The position numbers and the translations under genes were made by a program. The notes beneath the pieces are model-generated. The model did no database searches. It was given only the letters and a program-made list of their open reading frames with translations, and was not told the origin of the DNA. Positions 51,901 to 64,000 of a stretch of 64,000 nucleotides of DNA are shown here, piece after piece (position 1 is the stretch's first letter; the number at the start of each line of letters is the position of its first letter). Source of the stretch: Camelus ferus (lineage: Eukaryota); assembly GCF_009834535.1 (NCBI RefSeq), contig NC_045697.1, positions 10,356,001 through 10,420,000 of the forward strand, in the 5' to 3' direction.

Positions 51901-54072
51901 TATGGCAGTTATATCTCCATAAAGCTGAGGGAGGGGAAATAATCATGCATCAATAGGACAAAATTCTCACAATCACAGTGAAAAATATGTAGAAAACAAC
52001 TTTATATACTTACAGGTTACAATATTGGCCAAAAATTCTGATAATCTACAGAATTGATGAGGATATGAGGAAACATACTCATGCCACTCACACAAGGATG
52101 TGCTGTGTCAGTCAAGGCCAAGGCAAGACATCAGATCTCTCATCTTGGCTCAAATCCTCTGTCCAGAATGTGTCCCCTGACTGAGTCCTGGCCCTAGGCC
52201 ACAGAAGTGGGACACCAAATTTCACTTGCTTAGCAATAGGGGGTAAAGGGCTTTTACTCAAAGGTTTAGAATCCAATAAAAAACAGTTTTTATATAAATC
52301 CAACTCACATTATGAATAGTTTTCTGATAAGTTTCAGGACGATCCTTTTTTGTTGTCGTTATTTAATTCATTTGCAACCTTTCAGAGAATTTAGCATGTA
52401 AGACTAGCTTTTGGATTAGCCCTGTGATTCCATTATAAGTGTATCTATTAAATAACTTATTTTTAGACTTAAGATTTTTAGTGGAAAGTTATCAAGAGAA
52501 TTTTGCCAAGTTTTAAATCAGGAATGTTTAAGAGAATTAAGATGAAATGTTATACATTTATTAGGTTTACTAGAATCAAGTATTTGAGAAGGTTTTGCTT
52601 ATCTAAAGTCATTTAAAATATAAAGAAAATGTAATATTTAAAAACTTAAGTTTAAAACAATGTAACCTAAAATAACTTGAGTTTAAAATATTCAGGGAAT
52701 TTGAGTAATTGTGAAGCCCCCTCAAAAGTTATTATCAAAGTTCATTAGGCTTCATTATCATACTGCTCATACATCAAATGGAAAGTATGGGAAAATCAAG
52801 CTTTTGAACTTATAAATTTAATATCTGAAATTAATTTTTAAAACCAAAGTAACTGCGTGCTGTACACCAGAAATTGACACAACATTGTAAACTGACCATC
52901 CCTCAATAAAAAAGAAGAAACCAAAGTAACTGCGAATAACTATTTTTCTCTGCATAAACGCTGTCCTCAAGCACAACCTCACATGGACATGAAAAGTTGA
53001 AGTTAAAATGTGAGAAGTCAGTGCATAGAACGGGGACCCAGACATGTAAAGCAGAAGAAAACAAGACTATGTTTGTACTTATGCATGATAATGGATGTAA
53101 ATGATAGAAATAGTTCTGAGAAGATAACTCCAAATTGCTAACAGAGAACTAGAAAAAGATGAAGGGAGACTCATTATTACTGGGTTTAGTTCTACATAGT
53201 TTTCTTTTCTTAAAAAAAAGTAAAATTATCTTCATATTAATTAGTGAATTATTTAAAAGCAAAAACAATTTTGAATGAACTAGGTCTGGGAACATTAACT
53301 GAATCAGAAGCGCAAGTACAGGAAATGTCCAGCAGGAGGAGCCCTAGTACAAATTTGTGGGCTGCTCGAGGTTTCTTTAGCCAAAAAAAAAAAAAAAAAA
53401 AGAGGTGACCAGAACTCATAAGGAGTAAGGAACTTTCAAGGACCTGAGCCACTAGTCGGGAGTCATGGGATTAAAAACATCAGATTATTTCATAATTTTA
53501 AAAAATCACCTTTTAATTGGTTTCCAAGAATTCAGTAGTTTCTGTTCTTAAAAATCTGATGATCAGACCATTTGCTATGACCAGAGTCCCTACTCTGGCC
53601 AGGTCCTCGCTCAGTGTCTATGACTAGTGTTTCCTCACCAGTTACACTCTGATGATGCAGTGTCCATCAGGGAGGAACTTGGCCAAGTTTTTGGTACATC
53701 CATCCAATCAGAATTCATCCATGAGGAAGAATGAATAAATTCTGTGTGTACCAATAGGGAAGTATGTCCAAGATAGGGTGCTGGGTGAAAAAACAAGTGG
53801 TAGATTCCATTTGTGCTCAGATAAGAGGATATGTGAGTACGCATGTGTGTGCGCCTGTGTGTGGGAGTGTGTACACATTCCTGGGAGGACAACTCAGACT
53901 ACCAAGAATGATTCTCTGTGAAAAGTGCAAATAGGGAGGCCAAGAAGCTTTTCCTTTTCACTTTGTAACTTTCTGTGAGATTTAAATTTTTCTGCCGTGT
54001 GCATGGGTATTTTCAAAAGTAGGTGCCATCCCGCAATACTGACATTTTTTCTGTTTCCTTTTTAATTTGCAG

Positions 54073-54178
54073 GGCAGCAGCCTCTACTCAAAAAGAAGTC
54101 CCATCCCCTTATGGATTACAAAGTGCCAGCTTTGTCTTTCCTCTCTTAGTGGCTTCAGTTTCAGTGGCTCAAATGTAA
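54073..54178 (+). CDS. BST1: BST1 exon 9 coding part (GPI-anchor signal)
   Basis: AAASTQKEVPSPYGLQSASFVFPLLVASVSVAQM*; the nine exons sum to 963 nt = 320 aa + TAA. Confidence 0.93.
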
Positions 54179-54403
54179 CTAGAAACTCAGCTTTGCTGCC
54201 CTGAGATGCCCGTGGCCCTGAACCCTGCCCTTGTGCAATCATCCTTGTTCTGTGCACAGCAGGCAATTCCATTGTCTCAAGAAGCTTCCTGCTGGGAAAA
54301 CAGTGTCCTAAAGTGTGTCTTTTATAATGATATGCATGCTCAGGATTTCAGAAAAAGGAAATTAATCTAGTTCTGTTTAACTGGTTAAAACTGCTGCGTT
54401 AGA

Positions 54404-54409
54404 ATTAAA
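54404..54409 (+). terminator. Probable BST1 polyadenylation signal
   Basis: ATTAAA about 225 nt after the stop, followed by T-rich sequence. Confidence 0.55.
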
Positions 54410-56212
54410 GCTGGTTATTATTTTCTTGTTTTTCATAATGCTACAATGCATTGAGACCCAGAAAGTTTGTTTTACAGTCAAATATTATAAGAGAATTCTA
54501 GTAGAACTGTATATATATTTTTATATTTTCCTATACCACTGCAGGGCATACTGTTTGTTGATAGCTTCACATATGTGTATACTATATAAATGTACACATA
54601 TATGTTTCATAGGCAAAGAATTCTGTATAAAGATGTTCAATTATTGGTTATTCGTAATGGGGGGTCTAAAAATTCTAGTCATAGAGAACTCTTTGCATAT
54701 GGTTTGGTATATCTGTAGTATGAAATGTCATTCAAACAGTAAATTATCAACCCAAACGTCCTTCAACTGGTGAATGGATGAGTTAATCTTAGTATATCCA
54801 CATAGTGGAATATTATTGCGCAATCAGAAGTTACCAGCTATGGATGAATGCCACATCATGGATGAGACTCAGATGCGTGGTGCCAAGTGAAATAAGCTGG
54901 ACCCAAAGGCCACATACTGTGTGATTCTATTCATGACGTTCAGAACTGATCAGTGTCGGTGTCGGAGCAGGGGGAGGGGCTGACTAAGAAGGGGCAGTGG
55001 GAGGGCATTTGGGGGAAGTGGCAGAACTGCTCTGGGTGTTGATTATGGTGTGATGGTAACAGGAACCTATGTGTGTGTCGACGCTCAGAAAAAGGTCATT
55101 TCACTGAATGTAAAGGAAAAATTTTCAAAGAACATTTCCTGGCGTAGAACCCAGTCGACGATAAGTGTAAGACATAGGACATGCAGCTGTGTACCGTATG
55201 ATCCAATTGTCTAAGCCGTGATACAGAGGTAACGTAGTATAGACGTGTGTTTGTATGATACACACGTATTATACATGAAGGAAAGGAAAGGAAATCAACC
55301 CAAAGGCAAAGCAGCTATCTCTGGGGAATGGTCTAATCAGTGATTCCTAGTTTGGCTTTTGACTTTTTGTATTGTTCGAATTTTCTCTGATGAGTGTGAG
55401 AAATAAACACACACATAAACATGCATCCATCGTCTATGGGTGGTAGTTGGACCCAACGCAAGATGTTTCCAGAAGAGAAAAACAAAACCAAAACTTGTCA
55501 CAGGCACTCCTCTGTCCTCACTCCTTTCTCACCTAAAGCACGCTCGGGTGGCTCAGACCTGAGAACTTGCAGACTGTGGTGTCCCTGCAGCCAGTAAGGG
55601 GGCAGTAGGAGCGTTTGCACTTTCTGGAGTTTCCTATACATCTCCAGGGAGAAAAAGAATTACCCATCGAGGGCAGAGCCGTTCCTGAAATGTGCCGCTC
55701 TGAGTGCAGGGCTCCTTCCTCCTCCTGGCAGCGCCTCTACTCCAGTTTTTGTAAACACCACTTGTCATGCCTTCCAGCTCCATGCCCAGCAGACACTCAG
55801 GCACCTGGTGGAACAGTGGGTTCCTTCCTCCAAGCCAGGACACTCTGGGGACCATGACATGGGTGCTGGCTACACAAGGAGTGAGTGGGGCTGGGAACCA
55901 GGTCAAGCTCAGAATGGGCTAAGTAAACAGACTATGGGAAGAAAGACTAGAGGAACAAAATCCAAGAGGACCTGGCATGTGGTAGGATGTTCACTGATGT
56001 GGCCTCTGGTATGAATTATAAGAGTGGTATCAGCTTCTTAGAGAGGCTGTAACCAGCTGGGCATCATCCAGCCGAGCAGCTTGCCGTGACCCAGACGTGT
56101 CCTACTTTCTCATTCCACGGGGCCTTCAGTGTGCTGCTCTCTCTGCACTGATTTTCCTTCCTGCTCTGCCGTCCACTTGTCAGATTTCAAGGCCCACCTT
56201 AAGCATCACCTA

Positions 56213-56778
56213 GTAGTGGAGCAAAATTTTCCACCCCAAATTATCTCTTTGGCATACAGGTTCTTCCAAGCTGAAAACAATCAAGGCCCCAAAGACTCAA
56301 CAAGAAACTTTGACCTTCCCCTCAACTGCCTAAAAGAATTCAGATAGAGGGCCTGTTCCCCAGAAGAGAGCTCTCACCAGGGACATCTGCAAAGAACGTG
56401 GGCTCAGTGCGGTGGGGGGGACTCGGCAGGGCTAAGCGACCAGAGCCCACTCTGTGTCCCACTGTCTCTGCAGGGCCCAGCAAACACTTCTTGACCAAAC
56501 ATTTGCTTTTCTGTCTTCGTGTGAAATTGCATTTTTCCTCATTGACATCCCCTACCGTGACCCCCAGCATCCTCTTTTGTCTTCCACTGAGGGTGGCATT
56601 TGAGGTGAAGGCTTCGGTCATTTTGATGAGTTAGTTCATCAGGGTCTCTGCTATGTGTGCATGTTATTATTAAACTTGTGTTTAATTTCCTCCTGTTAAT
56701 CTGTTTCATGTCAGTTTCATTCTCAGACCAGCCAGGAGCACCTAGAAGGCTAGAGGAAAATTTCTTTCTCCCCAGCGA
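56213..56778 (+). mobile_element. ERV1-like solo LTR
   Basis: Typical LTR layout with ATTAAA at about 56669 and a 3' end GAGGAAAATTTCTTTCTCCCC. Confidence 0.6.
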
Positions 56779-58249
56779 CCTCCCAAGTCCCCTGGTACCT
56801 CTGCCCAGGGCCTTGGTTGTTCACTGCCCCTGTGCTGCCCCCACCCCATAAATTTCCCCAATGTGGTCCATCACCACTGTCTTGTCGTCCTGGGACTGTG
56901 GCTTCTCTGAAGACTCGCCCATCGTTTGCTCCAGGGGCCAGCCAGGCGTGGATAGAGTGGATATTCCACATGTGGTTTTAATGAGAGAATCAACATGTGA
57001 ATAAAATGGAATTCAGAGAAGAAAACACAGGATGGGTGATTCTTTAATTTTCTTTCAATGTAAATTTTGTTGGAGGAGGTCAGGGTTGATACAAGAGAAG
57101 AGGAAAAGCATCACATGTCATACTTTTCTGTATTTATGCTCCACTTCAATAAAACACTTGAAAGGCGTGATTTATTCTAGTGTGGGCGAGAGGAGCAGGG
57201 AGGGAGGGAGGGAGGGTGACAAGTGGCCTAAGAGCTTGGGGTTCCTAGAAAGGAAGAGAAAGGCCCCAGCTGACTTCCAATTCACAGTTTGTCCCAGGGC
57301 CAGCCAGCTCCTCAGGCTAATACCCTGGAAGCCCCAGCCAAGGGCATCTCTTAGGCCAGGCTTGGAGAACATAGTGTCCACTGCCTTTCAGTTGCCTGGG
57401 TTACCAGTGGATTTACACAGTCACTCACAGCACACCGGCCTGGGACTTAATTAGATGCTGCCACTTTGAGCTCCGTGGAAAAGAAAGTGCTTTATTTAAA
57501 AGAAAATAAAAATTGCTTTTTTTCTGAGTATAAAAGTAATAACTTAAAAGACTCTAAACAAAACAAAAAAATAAGGAAAAAGGCAATAAATATCTTTTGT
57601 TATATTACATGCAAATTAGCCAACTTTTCTCCATGTATATTCAAACGCGTACTCATGCTTTTGAATACACGAGGCTGTGTTTGAGGTTAAGAACACAACA
57701 GAGAGCAGAATCATTAAACCACAAGTTCTAGGATTTTTACACGTTAAAATGCTGATTTCTAACAGTTTCTGATCCATTTCCTCCCTAGCCTAAGTTCTGC
57801 AATGCTGCCAGAGCCAGCATCTAAAGCAAGGGTTCTAATTGCATGACCCCTGGTTCAAACTCAAAAGTGCAAAATAAAATTTATATTTTAAAACCCAGCA
57901 GTTGAGATCATTCCATTTGCCGCCAAACTGCCTTGCTCACCTCGTGTCCCCAGAGACCCTCCGTGCCTTCCAGATGCCTTCTCTCAGTTCCCCATTCTCA
58001 ACAAAACATTCCATGTCCGGTCCCTTTGCTCAGCTTCTCCTTGAAGCCTCGCTTTGTTCCAGTTTCAGATGCATCTGTTTTTATGTCTCTCTGGAGGATA
58101 GTGACCTCCGTTGTCTTTGTGTCTGTCACAATGCTCCACCCTGAACAACCATGGCCCTGTGAGCATTTGATACATGAAGGACTCAGTATTAAATCTGCAT
58201 TTAAGATTGAGTGAGATGATCAGGTTTGGGGAATAGAAAGAAAAAAATG

Positions 58250-59080
58250 CACACTACTCCTGAGCTACCCCCTTGCTCCCCACACAGAGCATTTCACATC
58301 TGACACTTCTGGTTACCAGATACGTGAGTTTCTTCCCATAATAGGCAATTCTCCGACACCAGCAGAGTGTCCTACAATTCAACACAACCCAGCCGCTGTC
58401 TTTCCTGGAGACAGCATCAGCTCCCACAGGTTAAGGGCTCAGTCCTACAAGGCTGTCCCCACCAAAGCCCCTTCAGATGCCAGTCATCAGTCCAGGGTGT
58501 CACTGGGACCAGTATTGATCAGAGGTTCCCATCACCTCCTCTTTGTGTTTGATTAATTTGCCAAGTGGCTCACAGGACTCAGGAAACCTGTTTACTCACT
58601 GGATTACCATTTAATACAAAGGATGTAACTCAGGAACAGCCAGATGGAAAAGATGCAGGGGACAAGGTACAGGGAGAGGGCCCAGAGCTTCCACGCCCTT
58701 TCCAAGCACCACTCCCGGTACCTCCAGCTCTGCAGCAATCTGGATGCTGTCCTTTGGGTTTTTTAGTGGGTTCCTTACAGAGGCATGGTTGATTGAATCA
58801 TTGGCCACTAATGACTAAACTCAAACTCCTGCCCCTCTCCCCTCCCTGGAGGTGGGGGTGGGGGAGGTGAAATGGAAAGTTCCAATCCTCTAGTCATGAG
58901 GTTCCCTCGGAAACCAGCCCTCTTTCTGACCTATGGGCTTTCTGAAAGTCACTCATTAACATCACAAAAGACAACTTGACTGCTCTCCTCACATTGGAAA
59001 TTCCAAGGGTTTTAAGAGCTCTGTGCCAGGTACAGGGATGAAGACCAAACATACATTTCTTATTTTGAACTGCAGTATCA
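58250..59080 (-). mobile_element. MER21/MER77-like LTR
   Basis: CAGGTTAAGGGCTCAGTCC...GGAAATTCCAAGGGTTTTAAGAGCTCTGTGCCAGG motifs. Confidence 0.6.
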
Positions 59081-59938
59081 GAGGGGAGCGAGGGGTGGCC
59101 GCCCAGCATTGTGGTTAAGGGCAGGTTCTGTTAAGTCTGGCCCGTCCTGCCTTCAGTCACTTACTAGTTGTGTGGCCCTGGGCAGACCACGCTGTCTCTG
59201 AGTTGCATCACCTTGTTGTAAATAGGGATTACAAGCACTCAGAATGGAGTAAGTCCAGGTGATAAAGAACCCACGACAGTGCCGGGCAGGTGGGAAGTGA
59301 GGCCTGCGTAAGTATTTGTTGCTGGTATTGTTACTACTATTGGAGTTTTTGATTATTATCTAACCTCTGTCTACTACCACAGTACTTTCTAGTGCAGGTC
59401 AAGGGGTGACTGTGCAGCAGGCATTGTGCCGAGCGCTTTCACGCACACCTTTTTTAGTTCTCACCTGCCCCGTGAGGTTAGTTTGATTGCATCCTGTTTT
59501 GCAGAGGAGAAACCAGAGAGGTTGAGAGCTTTCATTATGCGGCTGAGATCACACAAGTTCAGCACCTCTGAGAGTTCCTCCTGGTCGGGGCGGCGAGGGC
59601 GGTAGCCAGCCTCCGCAGAAGCACTGACACACCTGTTTCTTCATGATCTGACATAGGCAGCGCCAGCACCACGTCTGGTACTTGGTGGGTACTCGCTGTG
59701 TATCTGCTGAGGGACTGAACATGACAGACATTTGACCACAAATGAAATGCTCGTCAAAGGCCCCAGACCACGACAGAGAGAACTGGGCAGGCACATGGGG
59801 GACCCGAGCTCTGGCCTTTCTCCTGTTCTGTGTCTCCAAGGTAGCCACCCTAAAAGTTGGTCATTTTCCCTCTAGCAGGACGTACGTGATAACAAGGGAC
59901 TTTCAGAAACTGAAGAGGAAATGGTAGAAACCAAGACA

Positions 59939-60402
59939 GTGAAGGTTAACCTAAAATAACAAAACAGGCAATTATTTTACCTGTGAAATGGGTTTATTTG
60001 GGAGCAGTCGAGTTGCAATTCAGGTCATGCCGCTATGGCAACCGCATGCAAGTACAGTAAAGCAAAGGAGAGGAAACTCTTTTATAGAGGAGAAGCAGAA
60101 GCTGGGAGATTCCATTAGAAACAAAAAGTCTGTTGGAGGAAACTGGGACTTTGAAGTAGGGTGGCTTTCCATTGGCTGAGTTGCGACAGTCTCCCATTGG
60201 CTGAACTGTCTGTCGCCAGGCAAGGAGAAAAATGTCCTTCCTCCTGCTGGCGGTAGTAAAGTGGTGACTCTTCCTGCAGGAGATGTGAGTACGTCTCTTC
60301 CTGTTGACACCTGTACTGACTTAGAGTGGTTCCTGTGTGAGAGCTTCCCCTCCGGACCTCCCGACTCCATTTTAGCGAGGTTCCCTTTAATTAATTTTCA
60401 CA
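59939..60402 (-). mobile_element. Solo LTR (same family as 48450-48904)
   Basis: Collinear similarity to the 48450 copy; ends TTTTCACA. Confidence 0.7.
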
Positions 60403-61824
60403 AGATACTGACAGCTTAGCAAGTCTGAAGACACAAATGCCTTTGACTCCCACAGAAAGGAGGCCAAAATCTCCATGGGTCCTGGCTGAGTTCGGTCCAT
60501 GTCAATGCCCCCCTCAAACTTCAGAAGCAGCAGGACAAAATAGAAGCCCAACTTGAAAAGGAATTTCAAATCTTTGGGAAAAAGTATAAAGTCTATGAGC
60601 CCTTCCTTGTGGAGGCATCCAGTCTGTCTGGTGTATGTATTAACGTAGTGGAGCGGCGTGTGCAAAGATCAGAGACTGAGGAGATGTTAAACAGGGAGGA
60701 CCTGGGTTCTGAGGCATCTGATGATGCTGGTAAATGAAAAAGGAGAAAAAGAGTTAGAAAAAAATCCTAAAAACATTCCTGAATATTGATCAATTTAAAA
60801 AATATATTGGAAGGCCCAGGACTTTGATCAAAAAACATGGCGACCCTCTTCTGATGGTCTTCAGACATGTGGAATGGGAATGATCACATCTTGGGCGGCT
60901 GATTGGTTGCATGTCTGACATTCCCCTTGAACACAAATGTTAGACACTGAACTGTGTTCCTCCCCAGTTCATATTTTGTTATGGCTGCCTTAGTAAACCA
61001 ATCCAGCAATGAAGATGTCAAAAGTAAGGTGTAGAGGGAGACATGTGATGAAGTGAAAACCAGCTACCTTGATTTCTTCTTCCATGAGATAATAAAATTT
61101 GTGGTTTGCAAGGGTGGTAAGTAGATGTGGGTGAATAAATAGGGTCACTTAGAGAAGTATTCATGGCACTGCTCCATGTAGGACAGTCCAAAACAGAGCT
61201 GGACCAGTCCTGAATGCTATTCTTCCATTTATTTTGTTTTTCCAAAATTCTTCAGTGCCTGAAAGTGGAACTCATGAAAATGAAACTTCACTGAAGACTT
61301 TGCAGTTGCTGGAACTTAATTAACAGGCTTCTGAAGCACAGGGCTCAACTTTACACTTCACAGGAGACTTCTGGCGCCAAGGAAAAGGGCGAACTCAAGC
61401 TCTGCCCTGGAGAACAGGGTTCAGCTACTGTTGAGACTGGGAAGCTGCCTTTTTAAGACCTAGCCAGGGTTCTGAATATCCACATTAATAACCAGTGAGG
61501 CAGGTGGCAGAGTCTGAGCTGCGCTAATTTCAACACAATTCTTCATTATTTATAATCTTATGTTTTTGTGTTTTCTTGGTAGAGTCTATCTCAAAATATG
61601 TCCCAATAATAAGAAATGTGTATATATCAAATCACTTAGAATTTTAGGAATATATTTTGCCCCCAAAGATGTGTGTGTCTGTGTGTATATGTATGTGTGT
61701 GTGTTTGTATGTTTTCCCCCAAAGTTGTGTATGTCTGTATGTGTATGTGTGTGTGTCTGTGTTTTTGTTTGTATGTGTGACAGGGGTGGGGGAAGCTATA
61801 ATTAACACCATTATTAAGAATACG

Positions 61825-62150
61825 TATCAATGGCCCACAGGGGCCACATTTGACCCATCACTTGCTTTTGTACAACCCAAAAGCCACGAGGGGGGTTTAT
61901 ACTTTTAAATAGTTGGAAAAAAAGCAAAAGAAGAACAGTATTTCATGATGTGGAAATTACATGAAATTCAAAGTTCAGTTTCCATAAAGAAAGCTTGGTT
62001 GGAACCTTGCCAAGCTCATTCATTTGTGTGTCATCTTTGGCTGTTTCTGAGCTGCAGCAGCAGAACTGAGTAGTTACCTCAGTGCTTGTACTGTTCGCAA
62101 AATTGAAAGTACTTACTATTGAGCGTGTTACAGAAAATGCTCACTGACCT
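61825..62150 (+). mobile_element. MER58-like hAT-Charlie element
   Basis: GGCCCACAGGGGCCACATTTG...ATGAAATTCAAAGTTCAG...CATTCATTTG...GCAGAACTGAGTAGTT. Confidence 0.65.
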
Positions 62151-62694
62151 GAGGAAGTCAGTAGCCCCCGTCCCAGTTGCCACACTGGGAGAGTCATGTC
62201 AATCCAGTTGGGGCATGATGGCTCCACTGTCTTCTTCCTTCACTGATACATGATACAAACAAATAGTAGTACATTTTCTTCTAGCATCCTCAGCTCTGCT
62301 GTCACAGAGACAACCAGTTTCTCAGGTGGAAGGAGGAGAGGCTCTAAAAGAGAGCCCCCAGGCTTTTGCTGAGCTGTTTTCCTCTGAGAACTTGAAAATT
62401 AAGGAATCCCTTTTATTACTCAGGCCAGAATAAGTTGACTGACTTAATGACTTACAAGTTGTTCTGACTTTCCTAAAAGCAGACCCCACGACAGAAAATA
62501 AGTCCAGGTGTTTGACTTGAGAGATGATCTCAAGAGTTGCTGGTGAGGGAGTGGGAAGTGAGGCAGGAAGGCAGGAAGCCAATCTGGGGTTGTCGAGTGA
62601 GGCATCTGGAGTTTAATCTTGGAGGCAGTGTAGAACATACTTCAGAGTTTTTGCACCTGAGACAGGAGGAGGTTGAGATATTTTTCTACCCATT

Positions 62695-63253
62695 GGTTAT
62701 GGTGACACTGGAGGGATGGGGGCAGGGCGCAACCATTAAAAGAATGACATAACCATTAAGGACACGACAAAAACTGGTTAGAACCTACTAAGCCCAAGAT
62801 GGTGGAAGATTAGAATTCCAGTAAGAACTTGAGCCTCATTATTCTTTCATTGTAATAAATTAGCATACTCATGACATGCCTGCAGGTTCCATGACACTTG
62901 GGAGACTGACCATAAAAGGCCAAAAACTGGATGGTTGCCAAATTCCTGGAAATCCCAGCCCTTTCCCTAAAGTAGTTGGAATAATCCTCCCATTGTTAAC
63001 ACCTATGAAATTACCCAGCTCATAAAAACTAACAGCCCCACACCCTGGGGCATCTATCTCTGGCCTTCTGAGATGGCTCCACTCTGTAGAGTATGTATCT
63101 CTCTAAATAAATCTACCTTTACTCAACTGTGACTCACTCTTGAATTGTTTCCTGTGCAAAGCTAAGAACCCCCTCTTGGCAGGGTGTACCCCAAGGACTC
63201 ACCTGAGACCTGGGACACGACCATCCTCTCAGGCTCCCCATTTTTCTGTAACA
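62695..63253 (+). mobile_element. ERV1-like solo LTR
   Basis: CATAAAA TATA-like box, AATAAA at about 63105, ends CTGTAACA. Confidence 0.65.
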
Positions 63254-63399
63254 GTGGGTTGAGGGCTGCTCCCATGAGGACACCTGGCCTGCACTGTAGT
63301 GGCGGCCGAGTAAAGACGTAGAGATGGGATGGTGACGGCAGCTGTGCAGCAGCACTTGCCCTGTGTCCCCAAGCCTGTGCTTGTGTCACCTGCACAAAT

Positions 63400-64000
63400 A
63401 TTAACTCTCTGGCTTGCGGTCTGTGACAGAAATTGCCAATAGTAAATAACATCAGTAAATTATCACAAAACAAAGTGCACACATGGACATAACAACAAAG
63501 CACATCAGGGAGCTACTGGAATTTTTCAAAGAATTTAGAATCTCTGGTTTTGAAAATGGCTGCAGCACTCCAAAGCAGATACCCACAGACTTAGAGATAA
63601 AATGAAATTTAAAATTTGCTGCAATGGACAGAAAAGAAGTGGTATGTTCATGTGAAGTTTCAGATGAGCCAGTATTAACAAGGAACCATTTTAAAATTAA
63701 TTTTTTTCTTTTTAAGAAACTGTGAAAGAATGAATAAAGAAGACTTTTGAATTATGTGAAAATCATGAAGCTACTTCTGGCTTGATGCACAACCTCTACA
63801 AGTTACGGAAAATATCAGAGGAAATGTCAAAATGCCATAAAACCAAACTCAGACTTACCAGACTGACTTGTGAGAAGAGTTTAATCTTTTTAGAAAAATT
63901 ACTCTGCAAATTATCAGTTCTACATGTACTAAAACTTACTCTATGAAATAAACTGTCATTATTTATTCCATTGCTGTCAAAGCCTATAAAAGACATTTTA
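63400..64000 (+). mobile_element. Decayed hAT (Tip100/Zaphod-like) transposase fragment
   Basis: Coding-like remnant ELLEFFKEFRISGFENGCSTPKQI resembling Zaphod-type elements. Confidence 0.45.

Noticed and set aside
48450..60402. Full provirus bounded by paired LTRs
   Set aside because: The interval contains host BST1 exon 9 and no gag, pol or env; these are two independent solo LTRs.
54500..64000. CD38 exons, or a novel gene among the many short ORFs
   Set aside because: No ADP-ribosyl cyclase motifs or CpG island; the region is LTR, L1, L2, MIR and hAT debris.

Overview
Mammalian genomic DNA, very likely a camelid (four copies of a tRNA-derived SINE of the camelid vic-1 type), syntenic to the human 4p15.32 FBXL5-FAM200B-BST1-CD38 interval. 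The only intact protein-coding gene is BST1/CD157 (+ strand, 9 exons, 32687-54178, 320 aa, all GT-AG phases consistent). Upstream is FAM200B, a domesticated hAT transposase that looks pseudogenised here: two frameshifts, a nonsense codon, a lost zinc-finger Cys and a lost stop. The main surprise is an intron-containing fossil paralog of NCAPG on the minus strand (exons 1, 2, 3, 5 and 6 recognisable, 2013-15285), head-to-head with FAM200B. Its internal exons are heavily decayed, but exon 1 and the CpG-island promoter are nearly pristine. Also present: a SNX18 retrocopy, an ancient ERV pol fossil, a diverged copy of the BST1 promoter captured inside a MaLR element, an inverted duplication upstream of BST1, an L1 tail inserted exactly at the BST1 exon 8 acceptor, and many ordinary TEs. 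Homology calls rest on my recollection of the human proteins, with no searches run. TE boundaries and family names are approximate.
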